DNA of 64,000 nt from an uncultured Desulfosoma sp. (GTDB lineage Bacteria; Desulfobacterota; Syntrophobacteria; Syntrophobacterales; DSM-9756). The stretch lies in the NCBI GenBank assembly GCA_937960435.1, contig CALGPN010000003.1:128117-192116 (forward strand), given 5' to 3'. Below the pieces are notes generated by a model. The model saw nothing but the letters and a program-made list of their open reading frames with translations. It did not search any database and was not told the DNA's origin. Positions 51,468 to 61,456 of the stretch are shown here, piece by piece. The position numbers and the translations under genes are program-made. Every line of letters starts with the position of its first letter. Positions within the stretch are counted from its first letter, which is position 1.

Positions 51468-53488
51468 GCCAATCCGAGTGGCCGGCTGTGGCGCCCGGCA
51501 CGGTGGTGGAGTTTTTCGAAGCCAAAGAGCTGCTCCTCGGCGTCTGCCTCGCCGCCAAAGACCAAAGACTCAGTGTGCTAACGGAAAACAACCGGGAAAT
51601 GAACCTGGTCATGCGGCGTGTGGTGACGGCCTCTTCGGCCAAATTGAATCCGACCTACAGCCGCGACGATCTCGTTCGGGAGCTCAAGAAAATCCGCCGC
51701 GAGCGGGAATCGTTGGCAGCTCAGGTGGAGGTTGCGGAGCTGTGGTCCGTTCTGGAAGGCGAAACGGAGGGCTACAGCGCTCACGATCTGGCCGATTTGG
51801 TCTTCCCCGGCGCAGTGACCGACGACCATGTGGCGGCCGTTCAGCGCGTGCTTTTTGCCGACCGCTTGTATTTTCAATTCAAGGATGGGTTGTTTTGGGC
51901 CCGGACGGCGGAGCAGGTGGAGCGTCGTCGGGAGGAAATGGAACGGGAGGCCCACAGGCAAAGGCTTTTGGAGGAAGGCGCCCAGTGGGTTCGACGCGTC
52001 ATGCAGGCAAAACCCGGCGTGCGGCACGAGCTTTTCGATCAGGAACTTGTCGAGAAAATCAAAGATTTTTGCCTCTTCGGCGAGGATTCCGAAAGTGCCG
52101 TTTTCGTCAAAGAGCTCCTTGGGCACGCGGGAATCCCCGCCCAGCAGGCTGCGGCCTTTCGGTTTCTTGTGCGCTTGGGGGTGTGGTCCGAAAACGAAAA
52201 CCTTTATTTGCACCAGCAGGGTCTGGCCACGGACTTTCCCCAGGAGATCGTGACGGCGGCCGAGGCCGGAAAGAGTCGACTTCAGCTCATTGCCGCCGGA
52301 GAAGAGCGCGCCGATTTCCGCTCTTACGAAACGTTTACCATTGACAGCGCTTCGACCCGAGATTTTGACGACGCCTTGAGTCTTCGGCTTTTGGGGCAGG
52401 ATCGTTGGGAGGTGGGAGTCCATATCGCCGATGCCGCCCATTTTGTGGATATGGACGACCCCGTCGACCAAGAGGCAGCTTCCCGGGTTACCTCCATCTA
52501 TCTGCCGGATCGGCGCATCCCCATGCTCCCGCCGGCTCTTTCGGAAGAGGCCTGCAGCCTGTGCTTGGGCAAAGACAGGGCGACCCTGAGCTTTCTCATG
52601 GAAGTGGACGGGTCGGGGCGGATCCACGGCTGGTCGATCCGGCCGGGGGTGGTTCGGGTTTCACGGCGATTGACCTACGAGCACGTGGACGCTTTGGTGG
52701 AAACCGAGCCGATCTTCAAAACCCTGTTCTACCTGAGCGAACGTCTCAGAGAGCAACGCCGGGAGCGGGGTGCGGTGCTCCTGCCACTGCCGGAAATCCA
52801 CATCAGTGTCAACGACCACGGCATGATCCAGCTCGTGCGCTACGATAAGGAAACGCCGAGCCAGATCATCGTTTCCGAGTGGATGATCGCCGCCAACGGC
52901 ATCGCCGCCGCCTTTCTTGCGGAAAGGGACATGCCGGCGATCTACCGCTGCCAGGCAGAATGCCGTCCGGAGACCGATCAGGTGCAGAGCGACTATCCCA
53001 TCTTTCACATCTATCGGCAGCGTCGCCTTTTCGCACGCGCCGAACTGGAGACGCGGCCGGGGCCTCACTGCAGCTTGGGCATGAAACCCTACACCACGGT
53101 GACGTCCCCCATCCGTCGCTACATCGACTTGGTGGTTCAGCGCCAGATCAAAGCGGTTCTCGGGGAGGGGCGCCCCGCCTATTCGGAAGACGTGCTGGAA
53201 AAGATCCTGACCCATGTGCGGTTCCAGCTCGGCAAAGTGGCCTTTGTCCATCGCAAGTGGACCCGTTACTGGATCCTCCGATATCTGGAACAAGAAGATA
53301 TCCAGACCCTCAGCGCCATCGTTCTCGACAAGAACGCCAAATTCGCCTCTTTGCTGCTCCCCGATTTCCTCATGGAGGTGCACGCCCCTTTGCTTCAGGA
53401 TCAAGCCGTCGCTGCCGGGGAAATGGTGCGCCTGAAAATCGAGCGGTTGAACCCTCGGGACGACCTGCTGCGCGTCCAAATCGTGTAG
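51464..53488 (+). CDS. RNB-domain 3'-5' exoribonuclease (RNase II/R family)
   Basis: TIDSASTRDFDDALS, VHIADAA, SIYLP, YTTVTSPIRRYIDL; start overlaps the amidase stop. Confidence 0.9.
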   Translation: MSQSEWPAVAPGTVVEFFEAKELLLGVCLAAKDQRLSVLTENNREMNLVMRRVVTASSAKLNPTYSRDDLVRELKKIRRERESLAAQVEVAELWSVLEGETEGYSAHDLADLVFPGAVTDDHVAAVQRVLFADRLYFQFKDGLFWARTAEQVERRREEMEREAHRQRLLEEGAQWVRRVMQAKPGVRHELFDQELVEKIKDFCLFGEDSESAVFVKELLGHAGIPAQQAAAFRFLVRLGVWSENENLYLHQQGLATDFPQEIVTAAEAGKSRLQLIAAGEERADFRSYETFTIDSASTRDFDDALSLRLLGQDRWEVGVHIADAAHFVDMDDPVDQEAASRVTSIYLPDRRIPMLPPALSEEACSLCLGKDRATLSFLMEVDGSGRIHGWSIRPGVVRVSRRLTYEHVDALVETEPIFKTLFYLSERLREQRRERGAVLLPLPEIHISVNDHGMIQLVRYDKETPSQIIVSEWMIAANGIAAAFLAERDMPAIYRCQAECRPETDQVQSDYPIFHIYRQRRLFARAELETRPGPHCSLGMKPYTTVTSPIRRYIDLVVQRQIKAVLGEGRPAYSEDVLEKILTHVRFQLGKVAFVHRKWTRYWILRYLEQEDIQTLSAIVLDKNAKFASLLLPDFLMEVHAPLLQDQAVAAGEMVRLKIERLNPRDDLLRVQIV

Positions 53489-53523
53489 CGTGTTGGAAAA
53501 GCCGCGTCGTGAGACGGGACGTA

Positions 53524-54679
53524 TCAGTTGGACGCGGCAATACCGGGGGCCCCTGCGGGGCGTGTCAATTTGCCGTGAAGCTGGTGGAAGAGGAACGCTT
53601 CCATGAACTCGTCCAAATCGCCGTCCAGCACGCTGTCCACGTTGCCTTTTTCCACCTGGGTTCGGTGGTCCTTGACCAAACGGTAGGGTTGGAGCACGTA
53701 GGAACGAATTTGGTTCCCCCAGGCGATATCGTCCAGGTTGTCGTGCAATTCCTGCATTTCCGCCTGCTTTTTTTGAAGCTCCCTTTCATAAATCCGCGCC
53801 CGAAGGACCTTCATGGCGGTATCTCGGTTGCGGTGCTGGGAGCGTTCGTTTTGGCACTGGACGACGATGCCCGTGGGAAGATGCGTGATGCGCACGGCCG
53901 AACTGGTTTTGTTCACATGTTGGCCGCCTGCCCCGCTGGAGCGATAAGTTTCGATGTGTAGGTCCGAAGGCTTGATGTCAATAACAATGGAATCGTCCAC
54001 TTCCGGGTAGACGAACACGGCGGCGAAGGATGTGTGGCGGCGTCCGCTGGCATCGAAAGGCGAAATCCGGACCAGCCGATGCACGCCGGATTCCCCCTTC
54101 AGCAATCCGTAGGCGAAAGGCCCGGATACGGTGAACGTGGCACTTTTGATGCCCGCCTCTTCCCCTTCCAGAAGATCCACCACCTCGGTTTGGAAACCGC
54201 GCCGTTCACACCACCGCAAATACATGCGAAGGAGCATCTCCGCCCAGTCCTGAGCTTCCGTTCCGCCCGCGCCTGCGTTGATGCTCAAGATGGCGTTCCG
54301 ATGGTCGTTTTCTTCCCCGAGCATCTGCCGGACTTCCAGATCCTTGATCTTTTTCTGAAGCTCTTTCGCCTTCCTGGAGACCTCCTGAAGCGCATCCCCG
54401 TCGTTTTCTTCGACGGCCAGATCCAGCAGAAGCTCGTTGTCTTCCAGCTCCGTTTTCAGGGCGTCGAAGGCCGAGACGATTTCCGACAGCTGGGCCCTTT
54501 CCTTGAGGACGTCTTTGGATTTTTCCGGGTCATCCCAGAAGTCCTGGCGGGCCATGAGGCGGTCCAGTTCGGCGAGGCGAGCGCGTTTGCCCGGGATGTC
54601 AAAGATAGCCTCCCAAGGTGTCCACCCTTTGGAGGAGTTCTTTCAGGGAACTTCGGATTTCCGTCGGTTCGATGACCAT
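53524..54679 (-). CDS. prfB: Peptide chain release factor 2 (programmed +1 frameshift after codon 26)
   Basis: ATG 54679 MVIEPT...LGGYL, then CTT TGA C; +1 frame continues DIPGKRARL into ORF 53524-54555 with RISPFD (SPF) and GAGGQHVN (GGQ). Confidence 0.96.
54598..54614 (-). promoter_or_regulatory. prfB autoregulatory frameshift cassette
   Basis: GGGAGG-C-TAT-CTT-TGA-C: internal SD, slippery CTT, UGAC stop context. Confidence 0.95.
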
Positions 54680-54754
54680 AAGGTATCCCTCCTTGCGGCC
54701 CTTCTGATGAGGGCACGCTGTGTCATGACTTTCATATCAGATTTCGGCGCCGTC

Positions 54755-56317
54755 TCACAGGGGCAACCGAGCGGCTTTTCGTGGTCCTGAGCGCCGCGTT
54801 CTTCGGGCCCGCTCCCCATACACGAGGCAGCCCACTGCCGTCAAGGTGCAAGCCCAAGCGAAGAGATCCCCATGGCGCACGTAGAAAGTGGGAGTGTCTT
54901 TTCCGGGGACGATGGCGGCCGCGGCGGTTGCGGCCACGTCCAAGGGCAGGGAGGCCAGAATTTTGCCCGTGTGGTCGAAGACGGCGCTGATGCCTGTATT
55001 GGCGCAACGCGCCACGGGCACGCGGCATTCCACGGAACGCCACCGGGCGATATCCAAATGTTGAAAAGGCGCGGCCGTCCGGCCGAACCAGGCGTCGTTG
55101 GTGAGGTTCACGAGAAGACGGGCCCCGTGGCGCACCGCGTCTCGAGCCAATTCGGGAAAGATGGCCTCATAACAGATGAGCACGCCGATGGGCGCGTTTT
55201 TAAATGGGAAAATCGCCGGGCTTTTGCCGGGGACGAAATCCCCTGCCGCCGCCACGAGCTTTTCCACGAAGAAGAGCAGGCGCTTGAGGGGCACGTATTC
55301 CCCGAAGGGGACCAAGTGGCGTTTGGCATAGGCGGCAACGATCCCTTCCGTGGGGTGGAAGAGCACGGCACGGTTTTGCAGCCGTGGCGTTGTCCCCTCG
55401 GCGATCACCCACGGGATACCCAAAACCACGGGCACGTTCAAAGAAGCGGCGATCTCGTGCAGCATGCGCGTCGGGGTTTCTTCCAGCCCGTAAAAGAAAG
55501 GGGCCGCCGTTTCAGGCCAGATCAGCAGGTCCGGGTGGGATTCCTGTACCGCCGCCTCCGAAAGATTCCGATAGATTGCCAGCGTCTCTTGCTGAAAGGC
55601 GGGATCCCATTTCACGGATTGATCGATATTGCCTTGAATGAGCGCCACCTGAAGGGCCGATGCGGGATCTTTCGGCTCTTTCTTGAGGGTCTGCCCCCGC
55701 CACCCCCCGTATCCGAAAAACAGGGCGAAGCACAGAACCGCGGCCACAAAGGAACGTGGGCCGACGTGTCGCTTCACAAGCCCTAAAAGCACGGTATTGC
55801 CGAGGACCACAAGCCATCCCGCGCCGTAGACCCCGGCGATGTCGGCCGTTTGCAAAAGAGGGTCGACAGTCGTTTGCGTGTAGCCCAGGTTTGTCCAGGG
55901 AAAGCCGGTGAGGGCATGGGCGCGGACCCATTCCAGGGCGATCCAAAGACACGGAAGCCCCCACACCCACAACCCGGGGGAAGCGTTCCAGCGGTGTGCC
56001 GCGGCGAAAAAAAGAGCCGGGTAAAGGGCCAGGTAGGCACACAAGAGGCAAAGCACGGAGGCGGAGACGGGCAGCGGAAGGTTGCCGTAATGGGTGACCA
56101 CGTAAGTGATCCAATAGAGGGCGGTCAGGTTGTGGACAAAGCCGGCGAGAAACCCCGCAAGAAAAGCGGTCCGAAGGGAAAGGCCCCCGATGCCGGCCAG
56201 AAGGGGGATGAGGGCGATCCAGCTTGCGCCGTAAAGGTTAAAAAAGGAAAACCCGGCGGTCAGCAAGAGCCCCGTCATCACGGCAGCCGTCCAGGGGGAG
56301 AGGAGTCGAGTGATCAA
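54755..56317 (-). CDS. lnt: Apolipoprotein N-acyltransferase
   Basis: GFPW, QGNI, WPETA (E), AKRHLVPFGEYVP (K), LICYE (C), TNDAWFG. Confidence 0.96.
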   Translation of the reverse strand: MITRLLSPWTAAVMTGLLLTAGFSFFNLYGASWIALIPLLAGIGGLSLRTAFLAGFLAGFVHNLTALYWITYVVTHYGNLPLPVSASVLCLLCAYLALYPALFFAAAHRWNASPGLWVWGLPCLWIALEWVRAHALTGFPWTNLGYTQTTVDPLLQTADIAGVYGAGWLVVLGNTVLLGLVKRHVGPRSFVAAVLCFALFFGYGGWRGQTLKKEPKDPASALQVALIQGNIDQSVKWDPAFQQETLAIYRNLSEAAVQESHPDLLIWPETAAPFFYGLEETPTRMLHEIAASLNVPVVLGIPWVIAEGTTPRLQNRAVLFHPTEGIVAAYAKRHLVPFGEYVPLKRLLFFVEKLVAAAGDFVPGKSPAIFPFKNAPIGVLICYEAIFPELARDAVRHGARLLVNLTNDAWFGRTAAPFQHLDIARWRSVECRVPVARCANTGISAVFDHTGKILASLPLDVAATAAAAIVPGKDTPTFYVRHGDLFAWACTLTAVGCLVYGERARRTRRSGPRKAARLPL

Positions 56318-56332
56318 TGGGCGGGGTCTCCC

Positions 56333-57205
56333 TTATTGGGACGGCGCCGATTCCGCCGAGTTGTTGTTCACGGAACCTTCACGACGGCGGATGCGGACTT
56401 TTTGCACCTTTCGGCTGTCGGCGGCCTCGACGATCATCTCCAGGTTCTTGAAGAGAACCTTTTCATGGACGGCCGGCACCCGGCCCAGACGGCTGATGAT
56501 GAACCCCCCGACGGATTCGAACTTCCCCTCCGGGAATTCCATATCCAGGTGATCCTCCAGCTCCTCCACATCCAGCCGGGCGTCCACCAAAATCGAACCG
56601 TCTTCCTGCTCCACCAGCCAGTTTTCCTCGGCGTCGTACTCATCCATGATGTCGCCGATGATTTCTTCGATGATATCTTCCATGGTGAGCACGCCGGCCG
56701 TGCCGCCGTATTCATCGATGACGATGGCCATGTGGGATTTGCGATGCCGAAGATCCCGAAGCACTTCACTGATTTTCTTGCTTTCGGGGATGAAATATGG
56801 GGGGCGCAGAATGGCGCGAAGCTCTAGGTCGGTTTTGCCCCAGTGCTGCAGGAGATCCTTGGCGTGCAAGATGCCGATGATGTTGTCGATGGAGTCCTGG
56901 TAGATGGGGATTCGGGAATGGCCCGATTCCACGATGAGGGCGATGAGGGATTCCACGGAAGAATCGTCCGGCGCCGCCACGGTGTCGGTGCGCGGCACCA
57001 TGACCTCGCGGGCCACCGTATCCCGAAAGGAAAAGATCCCTTGGATCATTTCCCCTTCGTCTTCGGAAATCAGCCCGCGTTCTTCCCCTTCGTCGATGAG
57101 CTGCTGGATCTCTTTTTCCAGATCCTTGGGTTTGTCGATCCGCGAGAGGCGACGCAGCGCCTTTTTCAGCCAGCGCGACAAGCCTTTGGCAGATTCCTCT
57201 TCCAA
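56333..57205 (-). CDS. corC: CorC/HlyC family CBS-domain protein
   Basis: AREVMVPRTD, GHSRIP, IDEYGGTAG, EDIIEEIIGDI, CorC C-terminal domain; upstream of lnt. Confidence 0.85.
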   Translation of the reverse strand: MEEESAKGLSRWLKKALRRLSRIDKPKDLEKEIQQLIDEGEERGLISEDEGEMIQGIFSFRDTVAREVMVPRTDTVAAPDDSSVESLIALIVESGHSRIPIYQDSIDNIIGILHAKDLLQHWGKTDLELRAILRPPYFIPESKKISEVLRDLRHRKSHMAIVIDEYGGTAGVLTMEDIIEEIIGDIMDEYDAEENWLVEQEDGSILVDARLDVEELEDHLDMEFPEGKFESVGGFIISRLGRVPAVHEKVLFKNLEMIVEAADSRKVQKVRIRRREGSVNNNSAESAPSQ

Positions 57206-57297
57206 ATCGTTCCCTCAACCTCGTCACATCGGTCTACGGTCACGGGACACCCCGGACCGCCACAGGGCATGAAGTTAAGGAAATCTAACAAGCGCCG

Positions 57298-58212
57298 TCA
57301 TTTCTTGTCCAGAAAAATATAGGCGAGGATTTTGTGAACCAAGCGGGCGGCGAGGAAATCGGGGGCGACCATGCCGGGGATGGGACACAACTCCATGACG
57401 TCAAATCCCACCACACGGCGCCGGGCGGTCACAGAGCGAAGGAGGGCCAAAAGGTCGTACCAGCCCACACCGCCCGGCTCAGGCGTTCCCACGGCGGGCA
57501 TCACCGACGGGTCCAGCACATCCAGATCGATGCTGAGATACACGTTGGGGCCGAGGCGATCCAGGACCCTCGAAACCGTCTCCGTGTCCCTCACCACCTC
57601 TTCGGCGAAAAAAGCCGGAATTCCTCGATGGCGGATCAGCCGGTGCTCCTCCCGGGTCATGGATCGGAGCCCTACCTGGACCAAGTCCGCCAGGCCGAGC
57701 ACATGGCGCATGACACAGGCATTGCTGTAGGCCGTTTCCTGATAGGATTCCCGAAGATCCGGGTGCGCGTCCAAATGGAGGACCGTGAGGGGCTGAAAAA
57801 GCTCGGCCGCGGCCTGAATCATCCCCAAGGACAAAAGGTGTTCGCCGCCGAGCATGACGGGGATTTTGCCGGCTTCGAAAAGAGCCGACCCCACCAGGCG
57901 CACGCGTTCCACCATCTCGCGAGGGGAGGCGGCCGTGACGCTCAGTTCCCCCAAGGTGGCGATCCCGTGCCGATAGGGTTCCGTTTCCGTATCTTCTTCG
58001 TAACATTCCAGTTCACGGGACGCCCACAGGATGGCCCGAGGCCCTTCCCGGGTACCGGCCTTAAAAGTGGTGGTGCCGTCGTAGGGCGCCGCCACGATGA
58101 CCGCGCGGGCTTCTTCCACGGGCCGTGCGTATTCCGGCAGCCCCAAAAAAGACAAACAGGGACCGAGGTGACGCATCACCTCGGCCCCCAGTGCGTGTCG
58201 TTCCATGCCCAT
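57298..58212 (-). CDS. speB: Agmatinase / ureohydrolase
   Basis: APYDGTT, GTREGP, LGGEH, HLDAHPD, SIDLDVLDP, GTPEPGG. Confidence 0.9.
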   Translation of the reverse strand: MGMERHALGAEVMRHLGPCLSFLGLPEYARPVEEARAVIVAAPYDGTTTFKAGTREGPRAILWASRELECYEEDTETEPYRHGIATLGELSVTAASPREMVERVRLVGSALFEAGKIPVMLGGEHLLSLGMIQAAAELFQPLTVLHLDAHPDLRESYQETAYSNACVMRHVLGLADLVQVGLRSMTREEHRLIRHRGIPAFFAEEVVRDTETVSRVLDRLGPNVYLSIDLDVLDPSVMPAVGTPEPGGVGWYDLLALLRSVTARRRVVGFDVMELCPIPGMVAPDFLAARLVHKILAYIFLDKK

Positions 58213-58220
58213 GGGGATAA

Positions 58221-58670
58221 TCAGCGGCTCCGCTGGCGCAGCATTCGATCCATGCGCACCACGTGAGTGGAATCTTCAATGGTGTTGGGAAACTCCTGAC
58301 CCCGATCCAAGACGTTGATTTCGCATTTTCGGATGCGGAACCGTTCCTTGACGGCGGTCACCGCTTTGTCCGTATCGAAGGGCTTGCACGAAAACATGTC
58401 CAAACTGAGATACCTTTTCTCGGGGAAGGTGTGGATGCTGATGTGGCTCTCCGCGATGAGCACGAACCCGGAAATGCCCCAATCCTCAGGGACCGCCCCC
58501 TTGTACCGAAACACGTACGGGGGCATGATCTTAGTCATCTCCATCTGTTGAGGATACTCGTCCAAGAAATTATAGATCCCGTTGATGTCCTGCAAAACCT
58601 CGGGATCGCATCCGTACCCGTCCAGCATGAGATGCACCCCGAAGCCGAATTCCGGTTTTTTTGTGGTCAT
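58221..58670 (-). CDS. Pyruvoyl-dependent S-adenosylmethionine decarboxylase-family proenzyme (SpeD/SpeH-like)
   Basis: HLMLDGYGC, GISGFVLIAE/SHISIHTFPE self-cleavage site, DMFSC; GGAGGT SD before ATG 58670. Confidence 0.88.
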   Translation of the reverse strand: MTTKKPEFGFGVHLMLDGYGCDPEVLQDINGIYNFLDEYPQQMEMTKIMPPYVFRYKGAVPEDWGISGFVLIAESHISIHTFPEKRYLSLDMFSCKPFDTDKAVTAVKERFRIRKCEINVLDRGQEFPNTIEDSTHVVRMDRMLRQRSR

Positions 58671-58755
58671 GTTTCGCACCTCCCCGCCCTTTCGATGAAT
58701 CGAACCGGAAGCCAAGCCACCGGTCATGTCATGCCTTTTCCCGCGCTCGAACCCT

Positions 58756-59307
58756 TTAAAACCGGGATTGACTCACCACCCAAAGGATGTGGGCCTCGCC
58801 CCGGCCCGAATTTTCCACCCAGTGCCGGGTGGAACTCTTGAAGTAGAAACAATCCCCCACGCTCAACCGATGGGGTTTGTTGTCAAACCACAGGGTCACC
58901 GATCCCTTGATCACAAAGCCGAACTCCTCGCCTTCATGCGGCGTGTGCTCGACGGTTCGGCCCCCTTTGTGCATCTTTACGATCACAGGATCCATGACCC
59001 GACCCAAGGCCCGCGGCAACAGAAAATAGATGGCACACTGTTCCGAAGATTCGGAACTGAGCACGCGGGATTTCTTGCGAGCCACCACCGTCGGGCGCGG
59101 CATGTCCTGGAAAAACTCGGCCAAATCCACTCCCAGCACGTCCAAGATGCTTTTTAACGTCGCAATGGACGGGGATGTGAGATCCCGTTCCAGCTGGGAA
59201 ATGAAACCCTTGGTCAAATAGGCACGGTTGGCCAATTCTTCCTGGGTCAGGCCGTTTTCCATGCGGAGCCGTCGGAGTTTGTCCCCGATCTTGAGCCCAT
59301 CCTCCAT
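58756..59307 (-). CDS. XRE-family HTH + cupin transcriptional regulator (PuuR-like)
   Basis: IGDKLRRLR, LTQEELA, ISQLERDLTSPSIATL, HEGEEFGFV, GDCFYF. Confidence 0.9.
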   Translation of the reverse strand: MEDGLKIGDKLRRLRMENGLTQEELANRAYLTKGFISQLERDLTSPSIATLKSILDVLGVDLAEFFQDMPRPTVVARKKSRVLSSESSEQCAIYFLLPRALGRVMDPVIVKMHKGGRTVEHTPHEGEEFGFVIKGSVTLWFDNKPHRLSVGDCFYFKSSTRHWVENSGRGEAHILWVVSQSRF

Positions 59308-59308
59308 G

Positions 59309-59325
59309 GTTTACCTATATTAAAC
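59309..59325. promoter_or_regulatory. Candidate operator palindrome at the XRE-cupin start
   Basis: GTTTA-CCTATAT-TAAAC, 1 nt upstream of the ATG; overlaps a second palindrome TTAAAC-AGAAA-GTTTAA (59320-59336). Confidence 0.55.
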
Positions 59326-59348
59326 AGAAAGTTTAAAAAAGCGCGCTT

Positions 59349-59377
59349 TGTATAAGGGCCCGAACGGGCGATGTCAA
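59349..59377 (-). promoter_or_regulatory. Sigma-70-type promoter for regulator-speD-speB
   Basis: Minus strand TTGACA, 17-nt spacer, TATACA. Confidence 0.55.
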
Positions 59378-59456
59378 GAAAAAATTGTGCACCCTCCCCA
59401 AACAGCGCAGGCTGCCGCGGAGGGCATGGCGAGGGATCAAATGGGCCGCTAATCGA

Positions 59457-60431
59457 TCATCCCGCGGATTGGGAAGACTCTTTCACGAGCGCGACGCCTA
59501 CGGGCTCGGCGCATGGCGAATCCCCGTCCAGGCAGAGCCCGTTGCCCCCCAGATCCTTTTTGGCACGGTACTGGGCGCTGTCGGCCCGCTGGATGAGATC
59601 GTCGATGCTTTTTTCCACGTCGCCGTCCCGATAGTGAAATTGTGCCGCGCCGATGGACAGGGTTGTGGGCGCCGCATCCATGGCCGCATATCGCTTCTGA
59701 ATGCGATCGACCACCATGCGGACCTGATCCGCCGTGAGGTGGGGCAAAACAACGGTGAATTCGTCACCGCCGAAACGAAACGCCGTGTCCACATGCTCCC
59801 GGATGCACTGCTGCAGGATGGATCCCAATTCGATGAGCAACGCATCGCCGGCCTGATGGCCTTCCTGATCGTTGTATTGTTTAAAGCGGTCGATATCGAT
59901 GAAAAGGAGAAACAACGGATGGCCGTAACGCACCGAGCGGACGGCTTCTTGGATGAGAACGTTGCGGAAATGGCGCCGGTTATACAACCCGGTCAAAGGG
60001 TCGCGAATGGCGAGCTGTTCCAGTTCCCGGCGAAGGTAGCGCTCACGGAGCAAACGTCGGATCTTGGCCTCCAATTTGTCCAAGCCGAAAGGTTTGGTGA
60101 TAAAGTCGGCCGCTCCGGCGTTGATCACTTCCACGTATTTATACTTCGTCGCATGGCCCGTGATGGCGATGGTGTCCGTTTCCGGGTAGTGCTGCCGGAT
60201 ATGGCGGATCAGCTCCATGCCGTCCATCCGGGGCATATCCATGTCGGTGACCACAATGTCGAAGGCGCCGTTTTGAAGCTTTTCAGCAGCGTCCGCCCCG
60301 TCGGCGGCGGTGGTGACGTCATGGCCGATATAGCTGAGGCTTTCCGCCACCAGGTCCCGCACACTGCGCTCGTCATCCACCACAAGGATGCGCTGCGGGC
60401 CGAAACTTTGATCGCGCAGGGGTGTTTTCAT
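59457..60431 (-). CDS. Response regulator-diguanylate cyclase (REC + GGDEF)
   Basis: ILVVDDE, TDMDMPRMDG, DPLTGLYNRR, DIDRFK, FRFGGDEF, AQYRAK. Confidence 0.93.
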   Translation of the reverse strand: MKTPLRDQSFGPQRILVVDDERSVRDLVAESLSYIGHDVTTAADGADAAEKLQNGAFDIVVTDMDMPRMDGMELIRHIRQHYPETDTIAITGHATKYKYVEVINAGAADFITKPFGLDKLEAKIRRLLRERYLRRELEQLAIRDPLTGLYNRRHFRNVLIQEAVRSVRYGHPLFLLFIDIDRFKQYNDQEGHQAGDALLIELGSILQQCIREHVDTAFRFGGDEFTVVLPHLTADQVRMVVDRIQKRYAAMDAAPTTLSIGAAQFHYRDGDVEKSIDDLIQRADSAQYRAKKDLGGNGLCLDGDSPCAEPVGVALVKESSQSAG

Positions 60432-60564
60432 ACGTTTTTTTTCCCAAGAACCGTTTGCATGGCCGGGAAAATTACAATAGGGTGTCTTGGCGGCTTTGGC
60501 AATGAGTTTTCCAGGCTCCTGGTGGAAAAGGTCTCCTTGGGGAACGGAGCGGGGCTGCAGGTTG

Positions 60565-61410
60565 ATGCGCCGGATTCTCATCATCTACAAAAGAGGGCGA
60601 AGCGACGCGGCACAGCTGGCTGAAAAGCTCGTGACGCGGCTCGCTTCCTCGGGATTTGACGCTTCGGCCCGAGAAAACATGGCCGACACGGGCACCTTCG
60701 CCCCCCCACCGCCTCCGCCCATGGAGGCGGACGCCATCGTCGTCCTCGGCGGCGACGGCACCCTGCTCAGCGTGGCCCGCCAGGTGGAAGACCGGCAGAT
60801 TCCCATCGTGGGGGTGAACCTCGGGGGGTTGGGGTTTCTTACGGAAATCAGCCGGGAACGTTGCTTCGAAGATTTGGAAAATGTGCTGAGCGGCGCCTAT
60901 GAGATCGAAGAGCGCATGCGGCTTCGTGTGGGGATCCAACGTCAAGGGCACGAGGTTTTCAGCCAGACGGTTCTCAACGACGCGGTCATCAACAAAGGGG
61001 CCCTGGCCCGCATCGTGGACCTCTACACCCATATCGACGACTGCTACCTCACCCACTACCGCGCCGACGGCCTCATCGTGGCCACCCCCACGGGATCTAC
61101 GGCTTATAACCTCTCGGCCGGGGGACCCATCGTGTATCCCACGGCCCTGGCCATGATCCTCACCCCCATCTGCCCCTTCACCCTCACCAACAGGCCCATC
61201 ATTCTGCCGGCTTCCGCCGTGATTCGGGTGGACCTGGACGAAAAGGCTCAAGACGTCACCCTGACCTGCGACGGTCAGGTAGGCCATCGCCTGGCTCCCA
61301 AAGACAAGATCTTCATCGCCATGTCCCCCCATCCCTTAAAGCTTATCAAACCCCGAAGCACTGACTATTTCGAGATTCTCCGCACGAAGCTCAAATGGGG
61401 CCAGACATAG
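60565..61410 (+). CDS. nadK: NAD kinase
   Basis: LGGDGTLL, GVNLGGLGFLT, LNDAVI, ADGLIVATPTGSTAYNLSAGGP. Confidence 0.96.
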   Translation: MRRILIIYKRGRSDAAQLAEKLVTRLASSGFDASARENMADTGTFAPPPPPPMEADAIVVLGGDGTLLSVARQVEDRQIPIVGVNLGGLGFLTEISRERCFEDLENVLSGAYEIEERMRLRVGIQRQGHEVFSQTVLNDAVINKGALARIVDLYTHIDDCYLTHYRADGLIVATPTGSTAYNLSAGGPIVYPTALAMILTPICPFTLTNRPIILPASAVIRVDLDEKAQDVTLTCDGQVGHRLAPKDKIFIAMSPHPLKLIKPRSTDYFEILRTKLKWGQT

Positions 61411-61456
61411 CCCCCGCTTCCCCGAAAGAGGCGTGGGCTCCGCCTTCCGAGGAGAC

